DNA of 64,000 nucleotides from positions 1-64,000 of the forward strand of contig CAVTTL010000001.1 in NCBI GenBank assembly GCA_963737635.1. The letters are read 5' to 3'. The DNA comes from an uncultured Methanoregulaceae archaeon. Lineage in GTDB: Archaea; Halobacteriota; Methanomicrobia; Methanomicrobiales; Methanospirillaceae. Shown here in pieces: positions 35,265-45,101 of this stretch (positions are counted from its first letter, which is position 1; every line of letters begins with the position of its first letter). Below the pieces are notes generated by a model. The model was given only the letters and a program-made list of their open reading frames with translations, was not told the origin of the DNA and made no database searches. A program made the position numbers and the translations under genes.

Positions 35265-35598
35265 AATTCCTGCACGTCCAGAAGTTTTAAGGGAATTTCA
35301 CGGAGTGCTTTTCCAATCACCGACTTCGCAATCCGGCTGGCATGCTCCTTTGATTCGGCCCTGAATACTTTCATCTCAAGCACGAGCCCGACAAGCGCGG
35401 TATCGGCTACTACAATAGCACTCGAAAGCTGCTGTTCGCAGAACGGGCAGGCAAGCATGCCCGCTTCGACTTCAACAAACTTTGCCGAGGGGTTAAGCTT
35501 TTTCCCGCTTCACTGATTGCAATCCCTATCGCATCGTCAAGCGACTTTGCTTCCTTGATGTACCACGCTGATTCAAGTGTCACCAGATAGTCCGGCAT
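35261..35598 (-). CDS. DUF555 (UPF0212) protein (frameshift near 35500)
   Basis: [12 protein letters not shown]...[13 protein letters not shown], then ACPFC...[24 protein letters not shown]. Confidence 0.85.
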
Positions 35599-35626
35599 AG
35601 TTTTCACCCAAGAGATCCTGCCCGTT

Positions 35627-36154
35627 TTACCATATGTCGCGGTGGATATGCTCCCCGATATCCATGCGCCCCGCCCTCTGGGACGGTAGACGGCCGTGTC
35701 CTGCCGCAAGGAGCGCAAGCGGCCGTACATGTGGAGGCAACCCGAGGATTTCCCGTACTTCATCCTCGTCAAATGCCCCGGTCCAGCACGTGCAGAGATT
35801 GTGGGCATGGGCGGCAAGCATCATGTATGTGCAGGCGATAGTTGCATCCTCAACAGCATAGAGTATCCCGCGTTCGCCGTACTGCGACATCGAACGCACG
35901 TAGTTGGCACAGACAACAAAGAGGGCAGGTGCTTCCCCGACATGCTGTTGGCCAAAGGCAGCTTCCGCAAGGGCGAGTCGCAACTCGGTATCAGTTACTA
36001 CCACGACATCCCACGCCTCAAGGTTACCTGCACTCGGTGCAGTGCCTGCACAGGAAGCAATGTAGTCAATCTCGTCCTGATTCAGCGGCGTTTCCTCGTA
36101 TTCCCGAACCGATGACCGGCCCGACAGAAAACCCGGAAAATCAGAGGAGTCCAT
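35627..36154 (-). CDS. Nitroreductase-family protein
   Basis: [34 protein letters not shown]. Confidence 0.92.
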   Translation of the reverse strand: MDSSDFPGFLSGRSSVREYEETPLNQDEIDYIASCAGTAPSAGNLEAWDVVVVTDTELRLALAEAAFGQQHVGEAPALFVVCANYVRSMSQYGERGILYAVEDATIACTYMMLAAHAHNLCTCWTGAFDEDEVREILGLPPHVRPLALLAAGHGRLPSQRAGRMDIGEHIHRDIW

Positions 36155-36512
36155 GATCCGAGAGTTCCTGCCATGCTTTCTGCGCCGGTGTAGTTGACGC
36201 GCTTATGGCGGCGGCAAGCTTCTCTGATGCTTGCTCGGGCTGGTCGCTCTCCACAAGCGATATCGCTTCGTTAAGGGAATGTATTGCCTGTTCGAATTCC
36301 TTCTCACCTGTACTCTTCGCCGCAAAGGCCACCTCGGTTCTGACCTGCTCCATCAGAAGGAGAAGCAGTTTCCTGCCGCCGCTCTTCTGGGTATCGGGAA
36401 ATCCGGTAAGCGCTTGGCAAAGCTGCGACACAACGATCAGCTCGGATTTCGCCCGTTCTCCGAACTGGTAACTTTTCACTGCGGTTGGAAGATCCATACT
36501 CACCATAGTCAC
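36141..36512 (-). CDS. Conserved-looking helical hypothetical protein
   Basis: 123 aa helical ORF overlapping the nitroreductase start. Confidence 0.65.
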   Translation of the reverse strand: MTMVSMDLPTAVKSYQFGERAKSELIVVSQLCQALTGFPDTQKSGGRKLLLLLMEQVRTEVAFAAKSTGEKEFEQAIHSLNEAISLVESDQPEQASEKLAAAISASTTPAQKAWQELSDHGLL

Positions 36513-36572
36513 TGAAGATAAATGATAATTATGATTCTGTCAGGTTAAAACAGGATGCAACAGAAAACTTCG

Positions 36573-36609
36573 AAAAAAAACAGTTGGAAAAATGCCCTCC
36601 CGGGGCATT
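36573..36609 (-). terminator. Hairpin plus U-tracts downstream of the RGG protein gene
   Basis: AATGCCC/GGGCATT stem (36591-36609) followed on the minus strand by TTTTT and a T8 run. Confidence 0.6.
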
Positions 36610-36651
36610 GTACCCCGGTCATTGCTCGCTGATCAGATGGTATCTTTTGCG

Positions 36652-36993
36652 TTATCTCGCAGCCTTTGCCTTGGCACCGAGCACCGAAACCTTTGACCGG
36701 CGCATGCGCCTGCGGATAAGCGGACTCGCTGTAGACTCGTTCATTCCTGAACCGCCAGACCGATCGCCACCGCGCCTTCCACCACGGCTGCCTCCGCGCC
36801 GTCCGCCTCGGCCGCCTCGGCCGCCGCGCTGCTCTTCGGCTGCTGCCTGATCCATCTTCTTTAAGTTGATACTTGACTTGAATCTCTGGTTAGGTCCAGG
36901 ACTCTTGCGTTCCCCTTCTTTTTTGGGAACGAGCCGGATCTGGCCTTTGACACCTTTGACCTGTGACCAGAGGGTTGTACCTGTCTTGCCCAT
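36652..36993 (-). CDS. Small basic protein (DUF5350-like) with RGG-rich segment
   Basis: MGKTGTTLWSQVKGVKGQIRLVP...KSPGPNQRFK; central RGGRGGRGGRRGGSRGGRRGG. Confidence 0.75.
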   Translation of the reverse strand: MGKTGTTLWSQVKGVKGQIRLVPKKEGERKSPGPNQRFKSSINLKKMDQAAAEEQRGGRGGRGGRRGGSRGGRRGGDRSGGSGMNESTASPLIRRRMRRSKVSVLGAKAKAAR

Positions 36994-37075
36994 ATGCTAA
37001 AACTCCTCATTTAATTCTGCCGTGTGACAGATAAAGGTTGGGGAGGGAAAATATCCCCATCAGACAATAACGCCA

Positions 37076-37807
37076 TTATTCCTTGGGTTTCCTTGCATCT
37101 ACACAGATGTTATATGCCAGCTGGGGAATCCGGCGCTCGATGAAAGGCTCCACCCGACGCGCAAGATGGAAAAGCGGATCGCCCATGTCGATATGGGCAA
37201 ACGAGCACCAGCTGACTTTTATATCACAAAAGCCCGCATCACTGAAGAGCTCGCCCATCTCCTCTTCATCGTAGTAATACTCACCGAAATCTTTCATGAC
37301 AACATGCCTGATCCGGATCTTCTCGCTTATGTGGTAAATCACCGGAATGCCGCAGGTCAGCAGTTTTTTCCCGAGCGTGCAGATCGAGATCGATCCTCCC
37401 GGACGAAGTACGCGGTTTGCCTCCTGAAGCATAGCCGGGGGATCACGCAGGTAGCTAAAGACAAGGAGACTTGAGATCGCATCAAATGAGTTATCGCGGA
37501 AAGGAAGGCGTTCTCCTGTTCCCAGGGAAAAATCGGAGCAGCTGCACCGGTCGCGTGCCCGCCCGATCATGTTCCTGCTCAGATCGATACCGACAGCAGT
37601 TCCCCCGTACCGAAGATATTTTTCGATAAAAAGACCGGTACCGCATCCGATATCAAGAAGGTCACCGCCCCGGGGAAGGGCTTCCATCACGTGGCGGCTG
37701 ATGCGTGTATGGTAGAACCGGCCGCGTGGATGATCGTAGTGAAGATCGTAAACGTCAGCAATTTCGTCGTAATGCTGCTGAATCTTCTCCTGTTTTACCA
37801 TGCTCAT
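37076..37807 (-). CDS. Class I SAM-dependent methyltransferase
   Basis: LLDIGCGTG, GIDLS, LPFRDNSFD, RVLRPGG. Confidence 0.9.
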   Translation of the reverse strand: MSMVKQEKIQQHYDEIADVYDLHYDHPRGRFYHTRISRHVMEALPRGGDLLDIGCGTGLFIEKYLRYGGTAVGIDLSRNMIGRARDRCSCSDFSLGTGERLPFRDNSFDAISSLLVFSYLRDPPAMLQEANRVLRPGGSISICTLGKKLLTCGIPVIYHISEKIRIRHVVMKDFGEYYYDEEEMGELFSDAGFCDIKVSWCSFAHIDMGDPLFHLARRVEPFIERRIPQLAYNICVDARKPKE

Positions 37808-38802
37808 GGAAATAGCCTCCTGATACTGGTTGCAAACGCATCGATCTGGACATAGTCGTTGTTCGCGTGCCCGAGCCGGGTATCCGCTTCAGCAAGGGCA
37901 ATTGCAAGCAGCGGGTGATTATATTCCCTCTGGGCAACCATCCGGATCTCCGACAATACTTCCCGACCAGAAAGACCATAATCGATCATAAGGGATTCAA
38001 GCTGGCGGATACCCCCCCTGACATCTCCCGTCTTGATAAGACCGATGGCCGAACCGGCGACCGTGCCGGTCTCGGATTGCGATAATGCGGCAAGGTTACT
38101 GCACGAACCGGCTTGGAACGCAGCCTGGAGCATCAGGATTCCCTTGCGCATATCCCCTTGAGCCGCCACGGCAATCAGTTCGAGATCATCATTCGAACAG
38201 CTGAATTGCGCTCTCTGCGCTTCACATTCCCGGATCTTCCTGAGCTGCGAGATGAGCACACCAGAGGAAAGAGGAGTAAAGGGCAGCGGCAGGCAGCGCG
38301 AGCTAATCGCAGGAATAACAGCACTCTGGTTGGTTGTCGAAAAGACAAACCTGCAGGTAGTACTGTACCGCTCCATAATCCTGCGTAATGCCTGCTGGGC
38401 CTCGCGGGTGAGGGCGTGTGCGTCCTCAAAGACCATCAGCTTGAAATCCGCGTCGAGTGGACGAATCGAAGCATACCATTTCAGGATATACTTAAAATTC
38501 ACGATCAGACTCTGGCCTTTCTGGTACAGATGGATGTATCGCTCATCTTCTTCGAGCAGTTTTTTTCCCTGTGAGAAGAGATCAGCGGTCTGGAAGATCG
38601 ACGTATTTGCCTCCCAGTTCACCCCATACATCTGCTCCGCGAAGCACCGGATTGCAGCGCTCTTTCCTGTTCCGTGAGGACCGGCAAGCATCAGGTGCGG
38701 GATTGTGCCGGAGGCTGCAAAAGAGGACAGGAGTTCAATGACCCGGTCCTGCCCCACGATCTCATCGAACCGCACCGGGCGGTAGCGCTCAGTCCAGAGC
38801 AT
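37804..38802 (-). CDS. rfcS: Replication factor C small subunit, divergent paralogue (RFCS2-type)
   Basis: WTERYRP, GPHGTGKS, AQQALRRIME, SRC, GDMRK; Walker B reads VFEDAH. Confidence 0.88.
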   Translation of the reverse strand: MLWTERYRPVRFDEIVGQDRVIELLSSFAASGTIPHLMLAGPHGTGKSAAIRCFAEQMYGVNWEANTSIFQTADLFSQGKKLLEEDERYIHLYQKGQSLIVNFKYILKWYASIRPLDADFKLMVFEDAHALTREAQQALRRIMERYSTTCRFVFSTTNQSAVIPAISSRCLPLPFTPLSSGVLISQLRKIRECEAQRAQFSCSNDDLELIAVAAQGDMRKGILMLQAAFQAGSCSNLAALSQSETGTVAGSAIGLIKTGDVRGGIRQLESLMIDYGLSGREVLSEIRMVAQREYNHPLLAIALAEADTRLGHANNDYVQIDAFATSIRRLFP

Positions 38803-39520
38803 TTTTTAACCTCGCGGCTATCTCGTCACGCGCCTCCCTGAGGAAAACGTGATTGTCCAGCACCGCAACCAGATCGCGGCATTCTTCATTAGTCAGAGAT
38901 GTGCAGGCCTCGGTTATGACCGGCAGGGCACGGGTCACTTCGTCAACGATGGTAAGGGTCGCCTTTTCTGCGGTGCGGGAAAGGGGATTAAGATCGATTG
39001 CAATCACTTTTTTTCCCATCGCAACCAGTACCCCGCACCGGTCGCCATCCTCAAGCGGCACAAGAACCACATCGGCCGCATACATACCCTCACGCCGGCA
39101 CCAAGCTCTATCGTGCGAAAGAGGGAGCAGGCGTTCGGCAACACCGGAAAAGACCTCGGCCCCCGCCGCCTGAAGCAGGGTTTCAATCTGTTTTACTCGT
39201 TCCGGGGTACGATGGAAGAGGTTGACCTCGACGAGTGCGCCGGTTGCTTTCTGGAGAAGCGCGATCTCGTTTGCTGCAAGAGCCGCAGTGTTGCCATTCA
39301 CCGAGATGACCGGGTGATGTGCGGTGCGGATCAAGGCCGCTGCCGTCCGCTCAGCCCGGCGGGCGCTCTCGCTTGTTTTTTCCCCAAGCAGGTAATCGAA
39401 CGCTTCGCCACGCCCATGGGAGATAAGACCTTCCCATGAGACGATGCCCGATTGCGCGCACTCTGCAAGATGTTCCCGGGTGACAAGCGACAGGTAGCGG
39501 GGATGATCCCGGGGAATCAT
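38789..39520 (-). CDS. pps: 4-phosphopantoate--beta-alanine ligase (archaeal PPS)
   Basis: HPRYLSL, HGRGEAFDYLLGE, SVNGN, VPLEDGDR, IDLNPLSRT. Confidence 0.95.
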   Translation of the reverse strand: MIPRDHPRYLSLVTREHLAECAQSGIVSWEGLISHGRGEAFDYLLGEKTSESARRAERTAAALIRTAHHPVISVNGNTAALAANEIALLQKATGALVEVNLFHRTPERVKQIETLLQAAGAEVFSGVAERLLPLSHDRAWCRREGMYAADVVLVPLEDGDRCGVLVAMGKKVIAIDLNPLSRTAEKATLTIVDEVTRALPVITEACTSLTNEECRDLVAVLDNHVFLREARDEIAARLKNALD

Positions 39521-40383
39521 GGTACAACCTCCACAATGCGGGTCCCGGAATCGGCCATACCCATCCCATATACTTCACCAAACTGACGGAGCGCATCGCA
39601 GGCCCGATCGCCATAGGCAAATACCCCTTCGCCAAGCATGGTCATAGCAGCCGGAATACCTTCCCGGTCGCATTCGGTTAACACCCGGTGTACCGCGGGT
39701 GTCTCAAGTCCGCTTGCTGCGGAAAATGTCCGGCAACAGGAGAAAAATTCCTTAAAGGTCTCCGGCTGGCATCGGGGAAATGCTGCAGCTACCCGTGCCA
39801 TCTGCGCAGGGGACCCCAGCACCTGCGGCGTATGGATCGGGCCGAAACTGATAGCACAGACCGGGGCATCGAGATCGAAACTGCGAAGAATAGTGCCGTG
39901 AATACCGGGGCCGGTCCTTACTACACGACCGCCACCCTGGCATGCGGCGACATCCCCAAGGCCTGTACGGAATATGACTTCGGTCTCGTGGGCACATTCT
40001 GCTATTTCCTCTCTGGAGAGACCCAGATTCAAAAGCCGGTTAGTTGCCGTGATCGTAGCGAGCAGCGCTGCCGCCGAGAGACCAAAACCGGCACCGATGG
40101 GAAGCCTGCAGATTGTTTCCACGGCAACAGTCACACCGAGTCTTTCAAGCGCTGAAGAAAGGGGAGGGGAGGCACGGGAAACTTCCAGGAGTTTTCCTTC
40201 CGGTGACTGAATCCGCACAATCACCGAGAACACGCGAGCTGATCTCACCGTTGCAGTCACTCCCTCACTTATTACAATACCAGCGCCAATGCTCCCCGTT
40301 GTTGCTGTATCGTGCCCGTCAATCCTCCGGAAATACCCGGAGATATGACCGGGACAGAACGCTGTCACGGATGCAGGTGTCAT
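39517..40383 (-). CDS. pok: Pantoate kinase (archaeal PoK, GHMP family)
   Basis: AFCPGHISGYF, GSIGAG, PIGAGFGLSAA, TGLGDV, MTMLGEGVF. Start set at ATG 40383. Confidence 0.93.
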   Translation of the reverse strand: MTPASVTAFCPGHISGYFRRIDGHDTATTGSIGAGIVISEGVTATVRSARVFSVIVRIQSPEGKLLEVSRASPPLSSALERLGVTVAVETICRLPIGAGFGLSAAALLATITATNRLLNLGLSREEIAECAHETEVIFRTGLGDVAACQGGGRVVRTGPGIHGTILRSFDLDAPVCAISFGPIHTPQVLGSPAQMARVAAAFPRCQPETFKEFFSCCRTFSAASGLETPAVHRVLTECDREGIPAAMTMLGEGVFAYGDRACDALRQFGEVYGMGMADSGTRIVEVVP

Positions 40384-40466
40384 GGCAGTCTCGTACCTGT
40401 CATATCTGGTTGGACGTCCGGCTCTTTTAGGAGTTGCGCTTACGGAGTCATGGTGGAGCGGTCCGG

Positions 40467-41636
40467 TCAGGAATCCCTCTCCACTTCCATACCCGAAAGG
40501 ATCATCTGCCAGATCCGGGCTGCAATTTCCTCTTTTGTCCCGGAGACGAAGGTACCGGTCGTAGTAGTTCCCGTAAGAACGCGATAAGAGCCAGTGGCCG
40601 TACCCATGCTCTCCGGGGTATTGGCAATCACCATCCACGCGCCGCGTGCAAGCAGTGCCTTTGCCTCCGGTAGGGGTTTTCTCCCAATCTTAAACGCGAT
40701 TACCCGCGTATCTTCATGGTTAAGGACCCGATCAATCAGTTTAGGGAGAGGTACCAGGTCAACGGTAACCGGTTTCCCGCTTGCGATCTTACCCTCGACT
40801 TTTTTGGGGGCAAAATCCGAGATAGCAGCCGCACTGATATACAGGTCCGGACTGCTTCTTTCGAGATACTTCGCGATAGCTTCCTGCATCTCTTCCGCGG
40901 TCTCCACCGGTGCGTTCTCCACGCAGGGAAGGGTTCCGTTGTGGATAATAGTGACGTCGGCGCCACGCCGCCATGCTTCAAGCGCGATCTCCTGCCCCAT
41001 CTGTCCGCTTGACCGTGTAGTCAGCACCCTCACGTCATCCACAGGTTCGCGGCAGGCCCCGCTTGTGATAAGTACTTTTTTCCCGGCAAGCGGTTTACCC
41101 AGAACGGCCCGCTCACAGCGAAGGATGATCTCCCCGGTGTCGGCGATCTTCGCCTTTTGTTCTTCGATCTTCGGGCCAGCGAACCCGACACCCCATGATT
41201 CGAGAATCCTGATGTTCTTGACCACCGCCGGATGCCGGTACATGCTGTGGTGCATCGCGGGTACTACCAGCACCGGCATCCCGCTCCCGAGTGCAGTCGT
41301 GGCAAACGTCGTAACCGGGGTATCATCAATTCCGCAGGCAACTTTTCCGAGGGTGTTTGCGGTACAGGGTGCGATGAGCAGGAGGGAGGCACTTCCTCCG
41401 TCACCGCAGCAGGTCACGTGTTCCACATTCCCCGAGAGTCGGGTGATCGTCTGCCTGCCGCTTGCATACGTGAGTGCATCGGGGTGGATGATTCCCTGTG
41501 CCGCTTCACTCATAACAGGCTGGACTTCTGCGCCTTTCCTGCGAAGAGCATGGATCAGCTTCACCGTCTCGACCGCTGCAATACTTCCGGTAACACCGAT
41601 CACGATCTCTTTTCCGGCAAGAGTCTGTACGGTCAT
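40467..41636 (-). CDS. coaBC: Bifunctional phosphopantothenoylcysteine decarboxylase/synthetase
   Basis: GVTGSIAA, APCTANTLGK..GIDD, PAMH, ITSG...DDVR..RSSGQMG, AAISDF. Confidence 0.95.
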   Translation of the reverse strand: MTVQTLAGKEIVIGVTGSIAAVETVKLIHALRRKGAEVQPVMSEAAQGIIHPDALTYASGRQTITRLSGNVEHVTCCGDGGSASLLLIAPCTANTLGKVACGIDDTPVTTFATTALGSGMPVLVVPAMHHSMYRHPAVVKNIRILESWGVGFAGPKIEEQKAKIADTGEIILRCERAVLGKPLAGKKVLITSGACREPVDDVRVLTTRSSGQMGQEIALEAWRRGADVTIIHNGTLPCVENAPVETAEEMQEAIAKYLERSSPDLYISAAAISDFAPKKVEGKIASGKPVTVDLVPLPKLIDRVLNHEDTRVIAFKIGRKPLPEAKALLARGAWMVIANTPESMGTATGSYRVLTGTTTTGTFVSGTKEEIAARIWQMILSGMEVERDS

Positions 41637-42511
41637 GAGAGGGCCACATCCTGCACGATATGCCATGTGTGCGGGCGGTATTTCTTCACCTTATGTACTT
41701 GGATAGATGCAGAAAAACCTGCGCCTTCAACCTTTTCCCGGATCGCATCGGAAGCATCGCCGATGCTGTGTACGTGAACAACGCTCCCCGCATTCACATG
41801 GGAAAAGACGGCAGGCAGCATGCTGACGGCATCGAAATGCCCCATCACCACACGGTCATAGGTACCATTAAGCAGGGCCCGGCAGTCACCGCGGGATACA
41901 CTCACGTAGCCGGTGAGACCGTTCCCTGCGATATTCTGTTTCAGGTACTCAAAGGCAACAGGATTAATTTCCATTGCATGGACCCGGGCTCCGCTCCCTG
42001 CCATAGGAATGGTGAAGTACCCGATACCGGCGAACATATCAGCTACCTGTGCATCAGCAGGCCCTTCACGGATAAGCCGGGCCATCCTTGCCTTTTCATC
42101 GTGGTTCCCTTGGGCGAACATTACTTTGGTGGGATCGAGACGGTACATAAACCCGTCTTCCCGGTGACATACGTCACCGACACTGCCCCACAGGATCTCC
42201 GTTTCCGGGGTACGGGTCACCAGAGCAAGAGATTCTATCCAGAGCACACCGCGTGGGTGCCGGAACCGGACAAGTTCCTCGACCTCCTGCGTTGTGGGCC
42301 TGTTTCCGTGGACTACCGCCACATCACCCAGCAAAAAAAAACCGCGGCCGCGATACGACTGGCGCTCCGGGATCTCACGTTCGAACGAACATCCTTTCCT
42401 CACCGGCACCCATGCGGTCTCCCCTTCAAGGTAGGGCCGCCGGGTTACGTCAACCCATGCTGCACTGCGCACCGCGGCCAGCTGATCCTTGCGTACTGCC
42501 CTTGCTCGCAT
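41633..42511 (-). CDS. taw2: Taw2/TYW2-like (Trm5/Met-10 family) SAM-dependent tRNA transferase
   Basis: LDPTKVMFAQGN..EKARM, DMFAGIGYFTIP, EINP, DRVVMG, VKKYRP..WHIV.D. Confidence 0.75.
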   Translation of the reverse strand: MRARAVRKDQLAAVRSAAWVDVTRRPYLEGETAWVPVRKGCSFEREIPERQSYRGRGFFLLGDVAVVHGNRPTTQEVEELVRFRHPRGVLWIESLALVTRTPETEILWGSVGDVCHREDGFMYRLDPTKVMFAQGNHDEKARMARLIREGPADAQVADMFAGIGYFTIPMAGSGARVHAMEINPVAFEYLKQNIAGNGLTGYVSVSRGDCRALLNGTYDRVVMGHFDAVSMLPAVFSHVNAGSVVHVHSIGDASDAIREKVEGAGFSASIQVHKVKKYRPHTWHIVQDVALS

Positions 42512-42525
42512 ACAGGACCTGTGGT

Positions 42526-43569
42526 TTACCTCATCACAATAAAGGCGTCTCCGTCGCGGAGCACCTGCGCAGTCTCGCCGGCCTGTACTGCATGCCACGG
42601 TCGCTTTGGCACTTCCCGTGTGACCCCCGTTGCCGGGTCAAGGAGCCCCATCATCCCCCCGGAGACATATGCAACAAGCGCCGGTTCGGCATTCCGTGCA
42701 TTGCCGATCCTTCCGACAATCTCCTCTTCCTTTACTGACCGGCTCCTGCCTTCAGTCAGATCGAAGACTCTCAGGTGACGCGTATCCACCTGCTCGATCT
42801 CCGCGTAGGTCCGGCTAAGTTTCACCACGTCATGCCGCTGGTACCGGGGCAATCGTACAAGGTAGGTGATCCTGAAGAGCTGCCTGCCGTTCTTTTCCCC
42901 GACAAGTTTCGGGTGGGTCGTGTACCTCCCGCCCAGCTGCGCCGTGATTCCCTGCACAATCAAAAGACCGATATGCTGGGATCCTACGGTAATATCAAGA
43001 CCGTCCCGGTTCTCGGTCATATCCGATATAAACGAGAGACGCTCCCCGCCGGACTGGAGAGATTCCTCGATCTGGCTTGCAATGGCAGCGGCTTTCTGCA
43101 GCTCAAACGGGCTTGGTGTACGCTCGTCTGCACGAACCTGTACTATTCCCTCATAGTAGCTGCCGGTGATCCGGTTGCACCGGTCGCACTGTTCCTTATG
43201 CCAGGCCAGTTCGACCGTGCAGGATTTTTCTACTGGATGCCCGTACAGGATGCCGGTAATCGTAAGGTCTGCCCGGGACCGGTTGTGACTGAGATCGCGC
43301 ACGGCAACGGCGATCGAGCGTTTTTTCACGTCCTGATGGAAGTGCACTGCACTTCGCGCGAGATCGGGCGCAAGCTCGTTTCGTTCGCGGTTCGTATCCG
43401 TCCATGTATTCACCTGTTTAGTGGCGCCACAACTGGGACAATGGGTGCTCGTTACCCGGGTATCGCATACAACCCACGGCGTATCTGCCACCCGGCAGCT
43501 CGCGCACAACCCGTCCTCATCTGAAGGCCCGCCGCATTTCGGACAGAACCGATCCCTGATGGTTGTCAT
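42526..43569 (-). CDS. nmd3: Archaeal NMD3-family ribosome biogenesis protein
   Basis: Four CxxC pairs (CPKC, CASC, CPSC, CDRC), GSYYEGIVQVR, KLVGEKNGR..RITYLVR. Confidence 0.92.
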   Translation of the reverse strand: MTTIRDRFCPKCGGPSDEDGLCASCRVADTPWVVCDTRVTSTHCPSCGATKQVNTWTDTNRERNELAPDLARSAVHFHQDVKKRSIAVAVRDLSHNRSRADLTITGILYGHPVEKSCTVELAWHKEQCDRCNRITGSYYEGIVQVRADERTPSPFELQKAAAIASQIEESLQSGGERLSFISDMTENRDGLDITVGSQHIGLLIVQGITAQLGGRYTTHPKLVGEKNGRQLFRITYLVRLPRYQRHDVVKLSRTYAEIEQVDTRHLRVFDLTEGRSRSVKEEEIVGRIGNARNAEPALVAYVSGGMMGLLDPATGVTREVPKRPWHAVQAGETAQVLRDGDAFIVMR

Positions 43570-43859
43570 AGCTGGTAGATCTGGGCATGCGGGACGCTGC
43601 CGATCATGATACATTCACCGCGGGTGATGAGTCCCATCTTTACGGCGACACCGACAGCACGTTCTCCCATGAGATTGATATTGCCACCCTTGCTCAGGGC
43701 CTCGATAACCGCCGCCTCATCCGCGCGCGTGGTTCCGTAAAAGCTTTCGAAGAGAGTGACCTTAAGATCGCCATGGGTTATGGTGGTATTGAGCAGTTCG
43801 TAGTCACAGACCGCAACCACATCACCAATCCCCGGTGAGTGGTGGACTTTAAGAAACAT
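43566..43859 (-). CDS. DUF424 family protein
   Basis: VVAVCDYELL, FYG, NLMGERAV, IGSVPHAQI. Confidence 0.88.
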   Translation of the reverse strand: MFLKVHHSPGIGDVVAVCDYELLNTTITHGDLKVTLFESFYGTTRADEAAVIEALSKGGNINLMGERAVGVAVKMGLITRGECIMIGSVPHAQIYQL

Positions 43860-43910
43860 CTATCAGCTCTTTGGCGTGTCCACCAGATAAAAGGTGGGAA
43901 GGAAACTGTT

Positions 43911-44738
43911 CTACAACGTAATGCGGACGCCGTAGACCTTCTCCACAGTCTCGCCGTGGATACGCCAGCAGTCATCTTCCGTGATTACCCCCGATTCGAG
44001 CAGTTTTTTGGTAATCCGCGGGACGGATTTGGGACCGGTTACCGCCCCCGGCCGCGAGTTCTCATCCATGAAATCGCTTTCCATGGTAAACGGCCGGTGC
44101 TCCCGGGCAAGGACCGGTATTGCTTCATGCCGGGCGACGAGAGAGGGATGGAGCGGCGTCTCCGGGGAACCGTAATGTTTGACCACGCGCCCGACCTGCA
44201 TTCCTGCAGCTTCGGCCATAGCGGCGATATCGGCGCACGGCCCACTCTCCGCGTGGACCTGGAGAGCGCACCTGTATCCGGCAGCAAGTCCCAGAGCATG
44301 GGTCAACACGTCATTTGATGCAGCCACCACGTCAGGGCTTACGTCATAATGCGGCCGCCCGCTCTTGAGTGCCACCGCACGGCCGTCCCTGATATACCCC
44401 ACGGCACATTCAAGGCCATCTTTCATTATGATTACGGCTTCTGCAAGGGTCATGCGTTCGCTGAGCCTGCTTATCTCGGCAGGATGGATACCAAGAACAG
44501 GAAATACGGACAGTCCGGTCTCCCGTATCAGCCCTGCAATCCGAATGGTCTCGTCAAATACCTTTGCGTAATCGGTGCCGGAAACAGGGGCGATTCCAAG
44601 CGACCAGGAGGGCTTAGAGACAAGAAAGATATGCGTCCCTCCTGCATGCAGGAAATCCTTCGCCGCTTCGACCCCCCGCCCATTCACCGGGTCGAAATGA
44701 ATATGATCGTCAGTGATCGGAAAAAGCCGTGATCTCAT
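43911..44738 (-). CDS. TatD-related amidohydrolase-fold metallohydrolase
   Basis: DDHIH, GIHPAE, GRPHY, QVHAE, VVKHY, MESDF. Confidence 0.88.
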   Translation of the reverse strand: MRSRLFPITDDHIHFDPVNGRGVEAAKDFLHAGGTHIFLVSKPSWSLGIAPVSGTDYAKVFDETIRIAGLIRETGLSVFPVLGIHPAEISRLSERMTLAEAVIIMKDGLECAVGYIRDGRAVALKSGRPHYDVSPDVVAASNDVLTHALGLAAGYRCALQVHAESGPCADIAAMAEAAGMQVGRVVKHYGSPETPLHPSLVARHEAIPVLAREHRPFTMESDFMDENSRPGAVTGPKSVPRITKKLLESGVITEDDCWRIHGETVEKVYGVRITL

Positions 44739-45087
44739 GGCACTCCAGGATTCTCATGAGTGGGTAGCCATTCTCAGCGGCAAGAGCGGCCCGGCAGTAC
44801 GAAAAGCCCACCCGGGTTACGATCTCCGCATCAAACATCAACCCGGAAAGTTCGCTATACCCAAATACATTCTTTTTCATCAGCGAGCGATCGAGTCTCA
44901 CCGTGATCTCCTCGACAAAAGGCTGAAGGATCACGGCTTTCTCGATTGCTGATTCCACGCTTGCCGCCGATTCCTGTGCTATGGGTGTTCCCACCCACTG
45001 GTGGTAGAGTGCCCCGAGTTTGATCCCGGCCTCAAAGATGGCCCGTTCACGATCGGTCGGCTCTTCTTCTGTCTCTGGCTGTCTCAT
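44710..45087 (-). CDS. mptD: Archaeal dihydroneopterin aldolase (MptD)
   Basis: ERAIFEAGIKLGALYHQWVGTP, YSELSG, YPLM; GGGGGTGA SD before ATG 45087. Confidence 0.9.
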   Translation of the reverse strand: MRQPETEEEPTDRERAIFEAGIKLGALYHQWVGTPIAQESAASVESAIEKAVILQPFVEEITVRLDRSLMKKNVFGYSELSGLMFDAEIVTRVGFSYCRAALAAENGYPLMRILECHEITAFSDH

Positions 45088-45101
45088 TACGTTCACCCCC
45101 C

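Noticed and set aside
40384-40638. 85-aa N-terminal extension of pantoate kinase in the ORF track
   Set aside because: It overlaps the coaBC 3' end in another frame; homology starts at MTPASVTAFCPGH (40383).
40594-42778. Long antisense ORFs (40594..41706, 41660..42778; likewise 10729..11691, 47200..48099, 57242..58399)
   Set aside because: They lie wholly opposite well-supported genes, show no recognisable motifs, and are expected shadows of GC-rich codon usage.
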